The translations under genes and the position numbers were made by a program. This document shows positions 62,201 to 64,000 of a DNA stretch of 64,000 nucleotides, one piece after another (the first letter of the stretch is position 1; each line of letters begins with the position of its first letter). Source of the stretch: Stylophora pistillata (Eukaryota); assembly GCF_002571385.2 (NCBI RefSeq), contig NW_019217914.1, positions 447,597 to 511,596 of the forward strand. The letters are read 5' to 3'. The notes beneath the pieces are model-generated. The model did no database searches, was not told where the DNA came from, and saw only the letters and a program-made list of their open reading frames with translations.

Positions 62201-63788
62201 AAAAAGGCCTTATGCTTATTAACATCAAAATAGTCAATTTCCGCTCCACACCCATATTGCAAGGTGCGACTGGTGAATTTTATCGACGAATTATTCCTCA
62301 GAAATTGAGGTAAAAGAAATAAAAACAAAATGGCAGAAATTAGAGAAAATTGTCTTGCTAATGAGGTCTAGGTCTTTTTCAGCAAATGACGTAGTCATGC
62401 GTACTGGCGTAAAAATTCATCACTGCCAAAAACTAATTGTATGAATTGATCTGACCGAAAACGGAAATATTTAGATGCTTTGACAGTACCTAAGACTTTC
62501 CTGCTTAGGCTCCCGAAGTGACTGAGCCTCGTAACTTCGGTGAGCTGCCGCTCAAACCAACGAGGCAGGAGAACTAAGAAAAACGAATCTGCTCCTATTA
62601 AGATACCCAATCCTGTGCGCTCAAGGTAGTTGGCAGCTCTTCTGCATAGATGATCTCCCTGGATGCCGCACTCACTAGCCAGACTCTTAAATTTAGAATA
62701 ATCAAGATGTTCAATCCCTTCCATCTTCAACTCAAGGACTTTTGAAGCCAAACTGTCTAATCTGTACCAGACCGGACTTTGGTGGCAGTTTGTTTCACTT
62801 AGCACCAAAAGCAATTCCTCCAACAGCTTGTCTGGTTCTGAAGCAAAGGTGGTCCCAACAAGAATAGATCGCTTCATCTTTGGATTCACTTTCTGGAATG
62901 GCTCCAAGTCGATGTCATTGGCATGTGTAGTGCTTATATTTATACCCAAAAGGATAATATCGGCGGAAGATGCATGTTGTGACAGTAAGTGCAACCAGAA
63001 GTTAAGGTCCTCCTCAGGCAGGCTTCCGTTACAGGCGTCCCAGACGTAGACGTAAATTCCACTGTCGGTCATCGACGTCATCATAAAGGCTACCTGTGTC
63101 AATAAATCTGTGTTGATGACTGGAACCCCCATCAACTGAATCCACGATTCATACGGACCGATGGCTTTCTGAAGGACCCCACCAACTTCTCTCATGCAGT
63201 CAGTGTCTGAACTAATCAGCGACAGTTTAGTTCTTTTCGACGTAACACTTTTTTCTGCTTTGACTTTAAACGGACTGCCAAGAAGGTTCTTTCCATTTCT
63301 TGTTATAGAGACTTTGAACGACCCTTCAGAATAGAAAACCATGGAAGCAACGTACACCCCATCCGCATTAAGTGACTGCTTTATCTTTCCTTTGGAATGA
63401 AGATTATTTGGGGGGTCTTGGCAGTTAATTATCTCGGCTCTAAATTCCTATGCAGAGAGAGGAGAAAAAAGGCAAGATGAGAGTTTTGAACAAAAACTTG
63501 TTTGCAGCTCTCTGCATCAACATTTATTACCGTGCAGGTACTGTCTTGTGAGTTTTCGTTTCTTTTGGATATTTCCACTTCAAATAATCTGCCAACTACA
63601 GCGAGGTGATTGTCTGCGGTTCCAACGTCGCCTATGATGTCCAATTTGTATCCGGCAGGAGAAGAACTGCTCTGCGTCTCTTCCAGAAGGTTTGGAATGT
63701 CAATGGGCTGGGCTGCAGCAGTGATACTCGAAAGTTTTTTCCTTGTTTTTTCCCCCTCTGGTAAATCTAGCTGGCCCCAGAAGTACAC
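59204..63788 (-). CDS. Roco-family-like protein, 3' part: filamin repeat, degenerate Roc, COR, CxxC region, TORNADO1-like C-terminus; 5' end lies outside the window
   Basis: Exons approx. 63788-63531, 63447-62490, 62039-61404, 61159-60921, 60352-60098, 59945-59805, 59470-59204 join in frame. Motifs GVYVAS..GSPFKV; IYVYVWD..LNFWL..IILLG; AANYLERTG..LLPRWF; YIIPRL. Confidence 0.75.
60379..60743. mobile_element. Intronic MITE with ~100-bp inverted repeats
   Basis: aaaagatagctttcatgtaagaagaaact...ctagggaataccaatcttatct and its reverse complement at 60645-60743. Confidence 0.8.
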
Positions 63789-64000
63789 CTGAAAGAAATA
63801 CGCAACATTAAATGATCGAGGAATCCACGAAATTTGACTAAAAGTCGTTTAAACAATTTGTCACATTGTTGGAGGTTCTGGTGAACATCCTTTAATTCGT
63901 TAACACCTGTAAGAATGCAGGTATTCAAGGCGGAAATTTGTAAACAAATTTATTTCCGCCAAGAGATGACCATAACATACATAGAAGAGGTGAATTAAAA

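Overview
AT-rich eukaryotic, intron-containing DNA. The repeat families and gene content suggest a cnidarian, probably a stony coral (inference, not verified). From left to right: (1) a cluster of intronless class A GPCRs, with 5 intact ORFs and 1 pseudogene; the first two copies may be uncollapsed alleles. (2) A TSD-flanked tandem repeat with a 356-bp unit carrying type I hammerhead ribozyme motifs (non-LTR retrozyme-like). (3) Two paralogous, unrecognised two-exon genes for small single-pass membrane proteins that share a promoter block. (4) A multi-exon TTK/Mps1 kinase gene with three in-frame stops, head-to-head with POLG2, followed by PSMD5. (5) Penelope-like elements with hammerhead motifs, a 5'-truncated LINE, SINEs and many MITEs. 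(6) The 3' part of an unusual Roco-family gene: filamin repeat, apparently dead Roc, COR, CxxC region and a TORNADO1-like C-terminus. Exon boundaries were read by eye from GT-AG signals and reading-frame continuity. No database searches were run.
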